From the NCBI RefSeq assembly GCF_009914755.1, contig NC_060942.1: 64,000 bases of DNA; one strand, 5' to 3'. Each line of letters opens with the position of its first letter. Positions within the stretch are counted from its first letter, which is position 1. A model generated the notes under the pieces. The model saw only the letters and a program-made list of their open reading frames with translations, was not told the origin of the DNA and searched no databases. A program made the translations under genes and the position numbers. Positions 49,404-62,061 of the stretch are shown here, piece by piece. The stretch comes from the human T2T-CHM13v2.0 reference genome, Homo sapiens.

Positions 49404-49670
49404 GTGAGTTCCCTCTTTTCTGCTTTGTGTTTGACTCAGTTTATCCCATCTCCTTCTAAATCAGCCAGAGCCTTTAGCACTGCAGGCACTATTTATTCAT
49501 TATTCTCACCTCCCACCACAGAGGCCTCCAATGCTGTATTTAATGTTTCTCATTGTTCCCCAAGACTAACCAACCCAGTGGTTCCTGCTTTGCTTTCTCA
49601 CGCTTTAAGGTCACAGTTGTTATTGATTAATTTCTTTTCTTTTCTTTTTCTTTCTTTTTTTTTTTTTTGA

Positions 49671-49775
<105 letters not shown>

Positions 49776-50288
49776 TGAGTAGCTGGGACTACAGGCACGT
49801 GCCACCATGCCTGGCTAATTTTGTATCTTTAGTAGAGATGGGTTTTCACCATGTTGGCCAGGCTGGTTTTAAACTCTTGACCTCAAGTAATCCACCTGCC
49901 TCGGCCTCCCAAAGTGCTGAGATTACAGGTGTGAGCCACCGCACCTGGCTGATTAATTTCTTTTTATGACAAAAGGAATACACACATTTGTTGAACAAGA
50001 AATCAAGCATTATAGACTTGAATAAAGCAAAAGTGCGCTCCCACTCCCACCCCTACTTCCACTCTTCAGATGTAGCCAGTATGAATGCTTTTGTGTGTAT
50101 CCTTCTAGTCTTTTTTCTTTGCAAATTATTTGCATGCATATTTTTCCCCCAAATCACATTGTTCTGCAACTTTATTTTTATTTTAATTTTTTTCAACTTT
50201 CTTTTTTTTCCTGTAATAATATATTATGGATATTCTTTTTCTTTTCTTTTTTTAAAAGACAGAATCTTGCTTTTTTTTTTTTTTTTGA

Positions 50289-50435
<147 letters not shown>

Positions 50436-50808
50436 TAATTTTTTGTATTTTTAGTAGAGATGGGGTTTCACCATGTTAGCCAGGCTGGTCTCAAACTCCT
50501 GACCTCAGGTGATCCATCTGCCTCGGCCTCCCAAAGTGCTGGGATTACAGGTGTGAGCCACTGCACCCAGCCAGAAGCTTGCTATGTTGCCCAAGCTGGA
50601 GTGCAGTGGCTATTCACAGCTTACTACAGCCTTGAACTCCTGGGCTCAAGCTATCCCCCTGCCTCAGCCTCCCAAATAGCTGAGACTACAGACATGTGCC
50701 ACTGCATCTTGCTGTTATGGATATTCTTAAATATCAGAGCACACAGATTTACTAACATTATTTTTACAGGCTGTGTAATATTCCATAGCATGGATACACT
50801 CTATTTTA

Positions 50809-53091
50809 TTTTATTTTTTATTTATTTATTTTTTTTTTATTGATAATTCTTGGGTGTTTCTCACAGAGGGGGATTTGGCAGGGTCATGGGACAATAGTGG
50901 AGGGAAGGTCAGCAGATAAACAAGTGAACAAAGGTCTCTGGTTTTCCTAGGCAGAGGACCCTGCGGCCTTCCGCAGTGTTTGTGTCCCTGATTACTTGAG
51001 ATTAGGGATTGGTGATGACTCTTAACGAGCATGCTGCCTTCAAGCATCTGTTTAACAAAGCACATCTTGCACCGCCCTTAATCCATTTAACCCTGAGTGG
51101 ACACAGCACATGTTTCAGAGAGCACAGGGTTGGGGGTAAGGTCACAGATCAACAGGATCCCAAGGCAGAAGAATCTTTCTTAGTGCAGAACAAAATGAAA
51201 AGTCTCCCATGTCTACTTCTTTCTACACAGACACGGCAACCATCCGATTTCTCAATCTTTTCCCCACCTTTCCCGCCTTTCTATTCCACAAAGCCGCCAT
51301 TGTCATCCTGGCCCGTTCTCAATGAGCTGCTGGGCACACCTCCCAGACGGGGTGGTGGCCGGGCAGAGGGGCTCCTCACTTCCCAGTAGGGGCGGCCGGG
51401 CAGAGGCACCCCTCACCTCCCGGACGGGGCGGCTGGCCGGGCAGGGGGCTGACCCCCCCACCTCCCTCCCGGATGGCACGGCTGGCCGGGCGGGGGGGCT
51501 GACCCCCCACCTCCCTCCCGGATGGGGCGGCTGGCCAGGCGGGGGGCTGACCCCCCCACCTCCCTCCCGGACGGGGCGGCTGGCCGGGTGGGGGGGCTGA
51601 CCCCCCCATCTCCCTCCCAGACGGGGTGGCTGGCCGGGCTGAGGGGCTCCTCACTTCCCAGTAGGGGCGGGCGGGCAGAGGCGCCCCTCACCTCCTGGAC
51701 GGGGCGGCTGGCCGGGCAGGGGGCTGACCCCCCCACCTCCCTCCCGGACGGCACGGCTGGCCAGGCGGGGGGCTGACCCCCCCACCTCCCTCCCGGATGG
51801 CACGGCTGGCCGGGCGGGGGGGCTGGCCCCCCACCTCCCTCCCGGATGGGGCGGCTGGCCGGGCGGGGGGCTGACCCCCCCCACCTCCCTCCCGGACGGG
51901 GTGGCTGCTGGGCGGAGACGCTCCTCACCTCCCAGATGGGGTGGCTGCCGGGCGGAGAGGCTCCTCACTTCTCAGACGGGGCGGCTGCCGGGCGGAGGGG
52001 CTCCTCACTTCTCAGACGGGGTGGTTGCCAGGCAGAGGGTCTCCTCACTTCTCAGACGGGGCAGCCGGGCAGAGACGCTCCTCACCTCCCAGAGGGGGTC
52101 TCGGCCGGGCAGAGGCGCTCCTCACATCCCAGATGGGGCGGCGGGGCAGAGGCGCTCCCCACATCTCAGACGATGGGCGGCCGGGCAGAGACGCTCCTCA
52201 CTTCCTAGATGTGATGGCGGCTGGGAAGAGGCGCTCCTCACTTCCTAGATGGGATGGCGGCCGGGCGGAGACGCTCCTCACTTTCCAGACTGGGCAGCCA
52301 GGCAGAGGGGCTCCTCACATCCCAGACGATGGGCGGCCAGGCGGAGACACTCCTCACTTCCCAGATGGGGTGGCGGCCGGGCAGAGGCTGCAATCTCGGC
52401 ACTTTGGGAGGCCAAGGCAGGCGGCTGGGAGGTGTAGGTTGTAGTGAGCCGAGATCACGCCACTGCACTCCAGCCTGGGCACCATTGAGCACTGAGTGAA
52501 GGAGACTCCGTCTGCAATCCCGGCACCTCGGGAGGCCAAGGCTGGCGGATCACTCGCGGTTAGGGGCTGGAGACCGGCCCGGCCAACACAGCGAAACCCC
52601 GTCTCCACCAAAACCAGTCAGGCGTGGTGGCGCGTGCCTGCAATCGCAGGCACTCGGCAGGCTGAGGCAGGAGAATCAGGCAGGGAGGTTGCAGTGAGCC
52701 GAGATGGCAGCAGTACAGTCCAGCTTCGGCTCCACATGAGAGGGAGACCGTGGGGAGAGGGAGAGGGAGAGGGAGAGGGAGAGGGAGAGGGAGAGGGAGA
52801 GGGAGAGGGAGAGGGAGAGGGAGAGGGAGAGGGAGAGGGAGAGGGAGAGGGAGAGGGAGAGGGAGAGGGAGAGGGAGAGGGAGAGGGAGAGGGAGAGGGA
52901 GAGGGAGAGGGAGAGGGAGAGGGAGAGGGAGAGGGAGAGGGAGAGGGAGAGGGAGAGGGAGAGGGAGAGGGAGAGGGAGAGGGAGAGGGAGAGGGAGAGG
53001 GAGAGGGAGAGGGAGAGGGAGAGGGAGAGGGAGAGGGAGAGGGAGAGGGAGAGGGAGAGGGAGAGGGAGAGGGAGAGGGAGAGGGCTCACC
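50809..53091 (-). mobile_element. Full-length SVA retrotransposon (SVA_F-like), antisense in LIPG intron 5
   Basis: poly(T) 50809-50838, SINE-R, GC-rich VNTR about 51330-52380, Alu-like segment, (GGGAGA)n; TSD GGATACACTCTATTTT(A) at 50792 and 53092. Confidence 0.96.
52753..53085. repeat. (GGGAGA)55 hexamer array of the SVA
   Basis: 330 bp of uninterrupted hexamers followed by GGG. Confidence 0.97.
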
Positions 53092-53587
53092 GGATACACT
53101 CTATTTTAATTTTTGGTAACATTTTAAAGAAGCAAAACCATTTCACTTAAGTTTTTTCCATTCACTTAACATTTTTCTTCTTCTTCTCCTTCTTCCTCAC
53201 TATGTTTCCCAGGTTGGAAACAAATGATCCTCCTGCCTCAGCCTGAGATTACAGGCGCAAACCACCATACCTGGCTCCAAAATTTATCTTCTGAATGCTT
53301 GAGCTTATTCTCAGCAGATTTGGGCTGAACTGAATTTGCTGCTAAAACTGAGGTGTAGGGCAGTGACCAATTTTGGGGGGGTTTCTTATCCTTTTACTGC
53401 CTTGGCTGCTGACAGCATTTCCTGTCTTGACCCCAGGCAGCTCTCTCCACTCTGATGCTGTGCCCTCCACATGTCCTGCCCTGATGCTCAGTCTTTCCCT
53501 CTCCCGGTTTAATCCAAGTAGCTCTGCAGGGTTTGGAGGTCCATGCAAGGGGATTTTACTCCCTCCTCAGAATATAGGATGATGGCC

Positions 53588-53654
53588 TTTCTTTCCTTTC
53601 CTTTCCTTTCCTTTCTTTTCTTTTCTTTTCTTTTCTTTTCTTTACTTTACTTTT
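53588..53654. repeat. (TTTCC/TTTTC)n Alu-tail microsatellite
   Basis: pyrimidine pentamer run. Confidence 0.85.
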
Positions 53655-53801
53655 GATGGAGTTTCACTCTTGTTCCCCAGGCTGGAGTGCAATGGTGTGA
53701 TCTCTGCTCACCGCAACCTCCACTTCCAGGTTCAAGTGATTCTCCTGCTTCAGCCTCCCAAGTAGCAGGGACTACAGGTGCTTACCACCATGTACAGTTA
53801 A

Positions 53802-53936
<135 letters not shown>

Positions 53937-54147
53937 TGATAGCATTTCTTAAGGCTGCTGGTGCCAATGAGGCAGGGTTGGGGTTGGTTATGCCAAATTT
54001 TTTGTAAGATCCCAGAAATTATTTGGGCCAGAAAATCCAAATTGTATGCCTAACTTTGTAACCAACTGTCTCTATGACCCTGAGCAGATTACCTCACCCC
54101 TATGGACCTTTGGGTCATAATCTTTAATTGAAGGGATTAGACTAGAA

Positions 54148-54530
54148 TGAGGTTGTCAAACATCTTCTTAAAGCATCAGCTAGTAAATGTTTTAGGTTTT
54201 GTGGGCCGTATTGCCTCTGTTCCAACTCTGCTGATGTAGCATGAAAGTAGCCATGACAATATATAAACAAATGAGGGTGACTGTTCCAATAAAACTTTAT
54301 TTACAAAAACAGGTGGCCAGCAGGCATGGTGTGGTGCACCTGTAGTCCCACCTATTTGGGAGGCTGAGGCAGGAGGACTGCTTGGGCCCAGGTGAGGATC
54401 ACTTGAGCCCAGGAGTTTGAGGCCAGCCCAGGCAACATAATGAGACACTGTCTATAAAACAAAAACAAAACAAAGCAAAGAAAAAAAAAAGAGGTAGCAA
54501 ACCTGCAAGCCATATTTTGCTGAGCCCTGC
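54148..54530. mobile_element. MER58A MITE interrupted by an Alu fragment
   Basis: TAGTAAATGTTTTAGG...GTTCCAATAAAACTTTATTTACAAAAACAGG. Confidence 0.75.
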
Positions 54531-55236
54531 GTGAGATGATGTTTAGGATCTGATCCATTTGCAGCATTCTGTGGCTGTATAGCCCTATTAGGAGGTAGTG
54601 ACTGCTGCTGCACAGCTGGTCTGCATCACCCTACTTAGCACTTATTATATGGGCGTTCTTGCTCTTTATTGCTTTGTGTGTATTCGTGCTGTCTTCCCAT
54701 CAAGAGAGTGAACAGTTAGGCAGCATGAATGGCCTTAAATTCCTCTACATCTTAATGGGAACCTAGCACCTTGCTGGACATTAATGAAGCATTACACAGG
54801 TCGGGTGCAGCGGCTCACATCTGTAATCCCAGCACTTTAGGAGGCGAAGGTGGGAAGATTGCTTGAACCCAGGAGTTCAAGACCAGCCTGGGCAATGTGG
54901 TGAAACCCTGTATCTACAAAAACTACAAAAATTAGCCAGGTGTGGTGGTCATGTGCCTGTCGTCCCAGATACTGGGGAGGCTGAGGTGAGAGGATCACCT
55001 GAATCTCGGAAGTTGAGGCTGCTGTGAGCGGGGGGTCGTGATTGTCCCACTGCACTCTAACCTGGGCAAGAGTGAGACCTTGTCTCAACACAAATAAACA
55101 AGCAAAAGAATTACATGAAAATACTAACAGCAACAATAAACAGCTATCACTGTTGAGGAGTACAGTATTTATTATTTGAGTGTCTAATCATCAAGAAGGG
55201 CTCATCCTGCATGCTTTTTATCTCTCCCACCCCCAG

Positions 55237-55479
55237 CAATCACAGAGGTGGTAAAATGTGAGCATGAGCGAGCCGTCCACCTCTTTGTTGACTCTCTGGT
55301 GAATCAGGACAAGCCGAGTTTTGCCTTCCAGTGCACTGACTCCAATCGCTTCAAAAAGGGGATCTGTCTGAGCTGCCGCAAGAACCGTTGTAATAGCATT
55401 GGCTACAATGCCAAGAAAATGAGGAACAAGAGGAACAGCAAAATGTACCTAAAAACCCGGGCAGGCATGCCTTTCAGAG
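55237..55479 (+). CDS. LIPG: LIPG exon 6 (catalytic His274, basic cluster, RNKR proprotein-convertase site)
   Basis: acceptor CCCCCAG|, donor GAG|GTAAC; 243 nt; KCEHERAVHLF...KKMRNKRNSKMYLKTRAGMPFR. Confidence 0.97.
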
Positions 55480-55508
55480 GTAACCTTCAGTCCCTGGAGT
55501 GTCCCTGA
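55480..55508 (+). CDS. LIPG: Exon 6 read-through giving a truncated 354-aa LIPG isoform (...GNLQSLECP*)
   Basis: frame continues into intron 6 to TGA at 55506-55508; AATAAA downstream at 55652. Confidence 0.6.
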
Positions 55509-55651
55509 GGAAGGCCCTTAATACCTCCTTCTTAATACCATGCTGCAGAGCAGGGCACATCCTAGCCCAGGAGAAGTGGCCAGCACAATCCAATCAAATC
55601 GTTGCAAATCAGATTACACTGTGCATGTCCTAGGAAAGGGAATCTTTACAA

Positions 55652-55657
55652 AATAAA
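55652..55657 (+). terminator. Intronic polyadenylation signal in intron 6
   Basis: AATAAA followed about 20 nt later by a U/GU-rich tract (TTTTGTGATGTGG). Confidence 0.55.
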
Positions 55658-56183
55658 CAGTGTGGACCCCTTTTGTGATGTGGCTATCAGTCCATGATCA
55701 CAATATCAATATCTTAAATTTCTATCTTGCATTTAACTTTCAAAGCTGTTTCATATTTGTTTTCTCATTTGATCATCACAAGAAACCTGAGGCAGATGAA
55801 CAGGGGACCAAAATGACATGTTACATTTTTATAATGTGCTGTAAAATCACAAGGTTTTCTGGGTACTGTGGGTATTATTTTACATATGAGGAAGTTGAGG
55901 CTCAGAGAGGTTAATACCTTGGTCCTTAATCCAGGGGCACGTAGTTAGAAAGTAGCTAAGTGAAAATCCTCAAAAGATCTAACTCCCAAGTGCAGGGCTC
56001 CTTCCATACTGCAGTGGCCTCTTATGGCATTGGACAGAACAAGAGCAGATGGGGGCTGCAGGCTGGGCTCAACCAAAAGAACACCAGCCCTAAAATCTCT
56101 GTGCTGGTGACTCAGTTTGGGTCAGGGGTCTCCTGTGATGACAAGCAAGGGTTACAAGCATCTTTGTTCTGCTGTCACTGCAG

Positions 56184-56304
56184 TTTACCATTATCAGATG
56201 AAAATCCATGTCTTCAGTTACAAGAACATGGGAGAAATTGAGCCCACCTTTTACGTCACCCTTTATGGCACTAATGCAGATTCCCAGACTCTGCCACTGG
56301 AAAT
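56184..56304 (+). CDS. LIPG: LIPG exon 7 (start of PLAT domain)
   Basis: acceptor CACTGCAG|, donor AAT|GTAAG; 121 nt; VYHYQMKIHVF...TLPLE. Confidence 0.97.
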
Positions 56305-56937
56305 GTAAGTCATCCGTTTCCCTTGCTGGGTTCGGGACAGAGAACAGGTTGGTTTGAGAATGAGAGAGCACAAGGGAGCGTGTGAACGAGTACAGCACGC
56401 AGGAGAGTGCAGTCCGACTGCTCAGGGAGGAGCCAGGTGGTCTAGCTGGCCTCTGCAGTCCTCTCTCCCACTGCACCTTCTCTACCAAGCCCTGACTCAG
56501 CGTTTCGGGGAGAAAAGTTCCTGGGATGAATCGGCATCATGAGAAGCTGCTGGGTCAGCAGCTGGATCAGCTGGGCAGAAACTGCTGTTTCATTTCAGGC
56601 AATGCCTGACGATGCTTCAGGCAATCTGTAACTTCGTAAACGTCATCCCTGGACCTCTCCTAATGATGTGGCTATGGGAGGGGTGCATAGCGATCTGTAT
56701 ATGTTTGTTGAGTATCCACCAGGGACAAAGCATCATGCCAAGTAATGTTGGGATTGTGATGAAACATCATCAAAGTAGCTCACTTCTCAGGGCTCACAGT
56801 CTAGCTGGGAGACCAGGTTTGTACACGCACGTGCACACTTACACACAGGTAGGGCAAGGCAGATGAGGCCAAGCCAAATGAGAGGGACAGACAGGAAGAG
56901 GCTAGGAGTTTGGGGGAGACAGATGCCTGTCTGTGGG

Positions 56938-58098
56938 ATGGATGAGGTCTGTGGGGGGAGCTGGTTTTCCCCAGCATCTGATTTTCAGAGCATCATTAAC
57001 TCTTTCCTTCAGAGGTTCTAAGGCTGAGCGGAACAGCGCACTTGAGTGGGGATGTGACTTCTTTGTGTTTTCTTATTGTGTTCTTTCTTGGTTCTGTCTT
57101 TTCAGGAAGTAGCATAAGTGGGGTGGAGGGGGTGCCCAGGAATCATTTTGATAAGAAGCTGGGGTGCTGAGGGCAAAGTTAGTTTGGCCCATATGGAGTA
57201 CACCTGAGCTTCCATCTTGGTCCTGTTGATAGGAAGTAGAGGGATAGAGGTGGGGAAAGCACTCACACTGTCTCTCTCCTGTCTGTGTGGGGTTGTTACT
57301 GCCACTGTGTCACCCCACACAGTGTGGCAGTTTTCCAGCTGTTAGGGGAGTGAGATCAGCTTCTCTCCCACTTGTAGAGTGGAGCGGATCGAGCAGAATG
57401 CCACCAACACCTTCCTGGTCTACACCGAGGAGGACTTGGGAGACCTCTTGAAGATCCAGCTCACCTGGGAGGGGGCCTCTCAGTCTTGGTACAACCTGTG
57501 GAAGGAGTTTCGCAGCTACCTGTCTCAACCCCGCAACCCCGGACGGGAGCTGAATATCAGGCGCATCCGGGTGAAGTCTGGGGAAACCCAGCGGAAGTAA
57601 GTGCCTCCTGCTCCTTCTTCTGCCTGGTGTAGGTGGGGAACAGAAGGCTGTGCCTGTGACATTTCCTTTCCTTTGCTGCATCTACCCTCAATCCTTCCCT
57701 CCAGCATGCAGGTAAAACTTCAAACACCTTTGCAAGGACAAGTGACTTCCAGATCAAGGCTTCTATCAAAACTGTTACGCATCTCATGCCCTGAACATGG
57801 GCCCTCAGGGAGACGGGTGGGCCAGTGGAGGCAGTAATTCAGCCCTGGCTCTGTTTGCCAGGCCTTGTGTCAGCCTGGAGGAGGGGGACTTCTCCTGGAC
57901 TGGGCTTTTTAGGAGTGCTGCCTTGTCGATGTGTTTACTGTGGGGTCCATGCAGACAAAAGGCTTTGCTTGCTTCTGAGCAAAGCAGACTGGAGTATCAC
58001 TTCCAGAGAGCCCCCATGGATGAGGTCTGTGGGAGGAACTGGTTTTCCCCAGCATCTGATTTTCAGAGCATTATTCTCTCTCCTTCAGAGGTTCTAAG
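56938..58098 (+). repeat. Pair of ~85-bp direct repeats (56938-57022 and 58016-58098) flanking exon 8
   Basis: manual alignment: 4 mismatches plus one 2-bp indel. Confidence 0.93.
57378..57596 (+). CDS. LIPG: LIPG exon 8 (PLAT domain; Asn396 allele)
   Basis: acceptor CTTGTAG|, donor GAA|GTAAG; 219 nt, phase 2-2; IVERIEQNATNTFLVYTEED...RVKSGETQRK. Confidence 0.97.
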
Positions 58099-60571
58099 TC
58101 AAGGATGTGGGGCTGTGGTCCTAACTGCAAGTAACAGAGAATCCTCTGTGCCACACTAGCTGGCAGTTTCCCATTTCTTTTAACCCCAAGCCTAGCATAA
58201 AAGATCCAGATCTTTCTATCAGCTCCTAACACCGTGCCTGGACTCCCTGAGCAGGCTTTTTTCTAAACAGAAGCCAGGGAAGCCTGCGAGACCTTTGTCA
58301 AGAAGGGAGAGTTTCCTTAACCAAGTCCTTCAGCTGACCTCTACAGAGGTCACTGCCAGCCTTGGCATGGGAGGAGGCAGCTGCCTCCCTCTTTGTCCCT
58401 CCTCTGGCATTTTCTCCATTATAATTCCTGCCATGTCTGGTTTACATTCGTCATCTATGACACAGCTTGGCAGCAGAGGGAAGTGAAGTGGAGGCTTGGA
58501 GCCCTCAGCTGAATGATTCTAGTCTAGAAACCTGTGAACTGGGGGTGCTGGCCTGTGGTCTAGACTGTGTATGTTTTTACTTCTCTGGGCCCTTGCAGGT
58601 ACAAACTATACCTATGGATGTGAGAGCAGAAAGATGATCATTTATAAATAAAATATTTCAAAGAAAATAAACACCTATTAAATCACCATTGAGACTCACA
58701 AATGTAAATAGTTTTCCATTTGGGTTTAGATATCAGATTTTTAAAAAGTAAAACATTATAGATACAGTTGAAGCCCCTGTGTCCTTCTCTGCTCTACCCT
58801 TCTTCTTTCAAACCAAATATAACTAATATTTCAATGTTAACAAATGTTAGTGTGTTTCCTTCCATCATGTTTTTATACACTTTGTACTTACTGTTTTTTT
58901 TGAGACTGAGTCTCTCTCTTTCATCCAGGCTGGAGTGCAGTGGCACAATCTTGGCTCACTGCAAACTCCGCCTCCCGGATTCAAGTGATTCTCCTGACTC
59001 AGCCTTCTGAGTAGCTGGGATTACAGGTGTGTTGCCACCATGCCCAGCTAATTTTTGTATTTTTATTACAGACGGGGTTTCGCCATGTTGGCCAGGCTGG
59101 TTTCAGACTCCTGATCTCAGGTGATCTGCCTGCCTCAGCCTCCCAAAGTGCTGAGATTACAGGTGTGAGCCACCATGCCCAGCCGCCTTAGTACTTCTGT
59201 CTGTGTACATAAACAATGTATAGAATTTTGGATGCTTCTGAATTTTACATGAGTGGACATAATATTTTACAATTTGATTTTTTCATTCTAATATTGTTTG
59301 TGAAATTTATCCAAAACATAAAGATCTAATCTATTCTTGTTTAACTCCTGTATGTAAATCACCATTGCACAAATAGTTTTGCCATTGTTCTGCTGAATAG
59401 TTGAGTTGTTGCTTTTTTGTAGTTACAAATGGTGCTGAGATGAACATCCTCTGCATTTTCCTTGTGCACATGTGTGTAAGGGCTGTTTCTCAGCATGTGT
59501 TCTAAAAAGTGGAATTGCTGGGTTGTAGTATATGCATTCTCCAGCTTGAACAGATATTGTTAAATCTGTCTCCAAAGTGGTTGAACTAATTTTCCATCTT
59601 AACTATGGATGAAGAGTTCCCTTTTCCCTCCTTTTCACCCAGGTCTGGTGGGACATTCTTGTCATTTTGTTAGGTGTGAATGGGCCCCCTGCTGTTGTTT
59701 GAATTTGCATTTCCTGATTGTGCGTGAGATAGGTCATGTTTTTATATGTGTATAAACATATAGGTCCTAAGGTCCTTAGGGCTTCCTGGGAAAGGTTCTT
59801 AAGCTCTTCTGAATGGGGCTTTTGTCCTGCCTCAGCTCCAGGGTCAGGTGCCCCACACCCTTAAGGATTACGTGGTCACGCTAATCACACGCCCCTGAGG
59901 CTGCGTGGGGCAGCCATAAGTTACATGGAAATGGTTATTAGGCCCTGATTCTTTCTTGTGGTCTTGGCTGTCCATTTGCTGAATCTTTGGTTTTGACTTG
60001 CAGCTGAGTTGCAGTTGCTCTTGTCAATGGATATTTACAGAGCACTGGACTAGAGGTACTTTGAATCACTCCGTTCAAGTTTACGGAGAAGTCAACCACA
60101 GAAATCAGCAAGCAGTTTCACATAGGGCATAACGTTTTAAAATAAAACATTTTTTAAAACTCCATGTTGCAAGAAGTAGCAACACTAACAAAAGCAATAT
60201 TTATATAAGGACATACTTTGTAACCAGTTTAAAGGCCAAGGGAGGGTTAGGTTAATGAGGGCTCAGGCAGTCAGGAAGGCTTCTGAGAGGCTATGGCCTT
60301 GAGCCATAGGCAGGTGGCCTTTTGGATAGACAGAAGGAAGCAGGTGGCAGAGGTCTGGCAGAGGCTGCATGAGGCCGAATCATGGAAGCCTCAAAGTGAG
60401 ACACAGGTTAGAGTCCCTGCAGTAGTGATGGGGAATTCTGAAGGCTTTTGAGTCGGGGCATGGTATGAAAATTTCACCCCTGCCTCCTCACCCATCTGCC
60501 TTGAATCTAGAAAGCACAGCTGGATTCCCCCTAAAGTTCTGCCTACATCAGTGGTTTCTTTTCCCTCCTAG

Positions 60572-60676
60572 ACTGACATTTTGTACAGAAGACCCTGAGA
60601 ACACCAGCATATCCCCAGGCCGGGAGCTCTGGTTTCGCAAGTGTCGGGATGGCTGGAGGATGAAAAACGAAACCAG
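60572..60676 (+). CDS. LIPG: LIPG exon 9 (final exon 10 lies beyond the window)
   Basis: acceptor CCTCCTAG|, donor CAG|GTAAC; 105 nt; LTFCTEDPENTSISPGRELWFRKCRDGWRMKNET; cumulative CDS 1481 nt with no stop yet. Confidence 0.96.
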
Positions 60677-60733
60677 GTAACCAGGACTTTCTCACACGTT
60701 CCACCCAGGACACGTTGACATGATGATCTCCTA

Positions 60734-61097
<364 letters not shown>

Positions 61098-61176
61098 TCA
61101 AAAAGAAAGAAAGGGCCAGGCATGGAGGCTCACGCCTGTAATCCCAGCACTTTGGGAGGCTGAGGCAGGCGGATCA

Positions 61177-61485
<309 letters not shown>

Positions 61486-61782
61486 TTAATGTCTCTTCTG
61501 CTCTTTGTCCTGCCTCAACCTGTAGGGGTTCATTGTACATGACCCTACTGGCATGAGATCTTCTCTGTAACTAAGTCCCCAGGTTGGTGCCCATTCCTGC
61601 CATCTTTGAAGTATCTTTTTTTTTTTTCCTTTGAGACATGGTCTTACTCTGTTACCCAGGCTGGAGCGCAGTGGCATGATCCTGGCTCACTGCAGCCTCG
61701 ACCTCCCCAGGCTTGGGTGATCCTTCCGCCTTTGCCTCCTGTATAGCTGGGACCACAGGCACTTGCCACCACGCTGAGCTAA

Positions 61783-62061
<279 letters not shown>

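Noticed and set aside
51330-52380. Regularly spaced ~40-50 bp repeats resembling a CRISPR array
   Set aside because: SVA VNTR; no unique spacers or cas genes; eukaryotic DNA
51009-52611. Many overlapping 80-170 aa Pro/Gly/Arg-rich ORFs
   Set aside because: They lie in the GC-rich, stop-poor SVA VNTR and SINE-R; not genes
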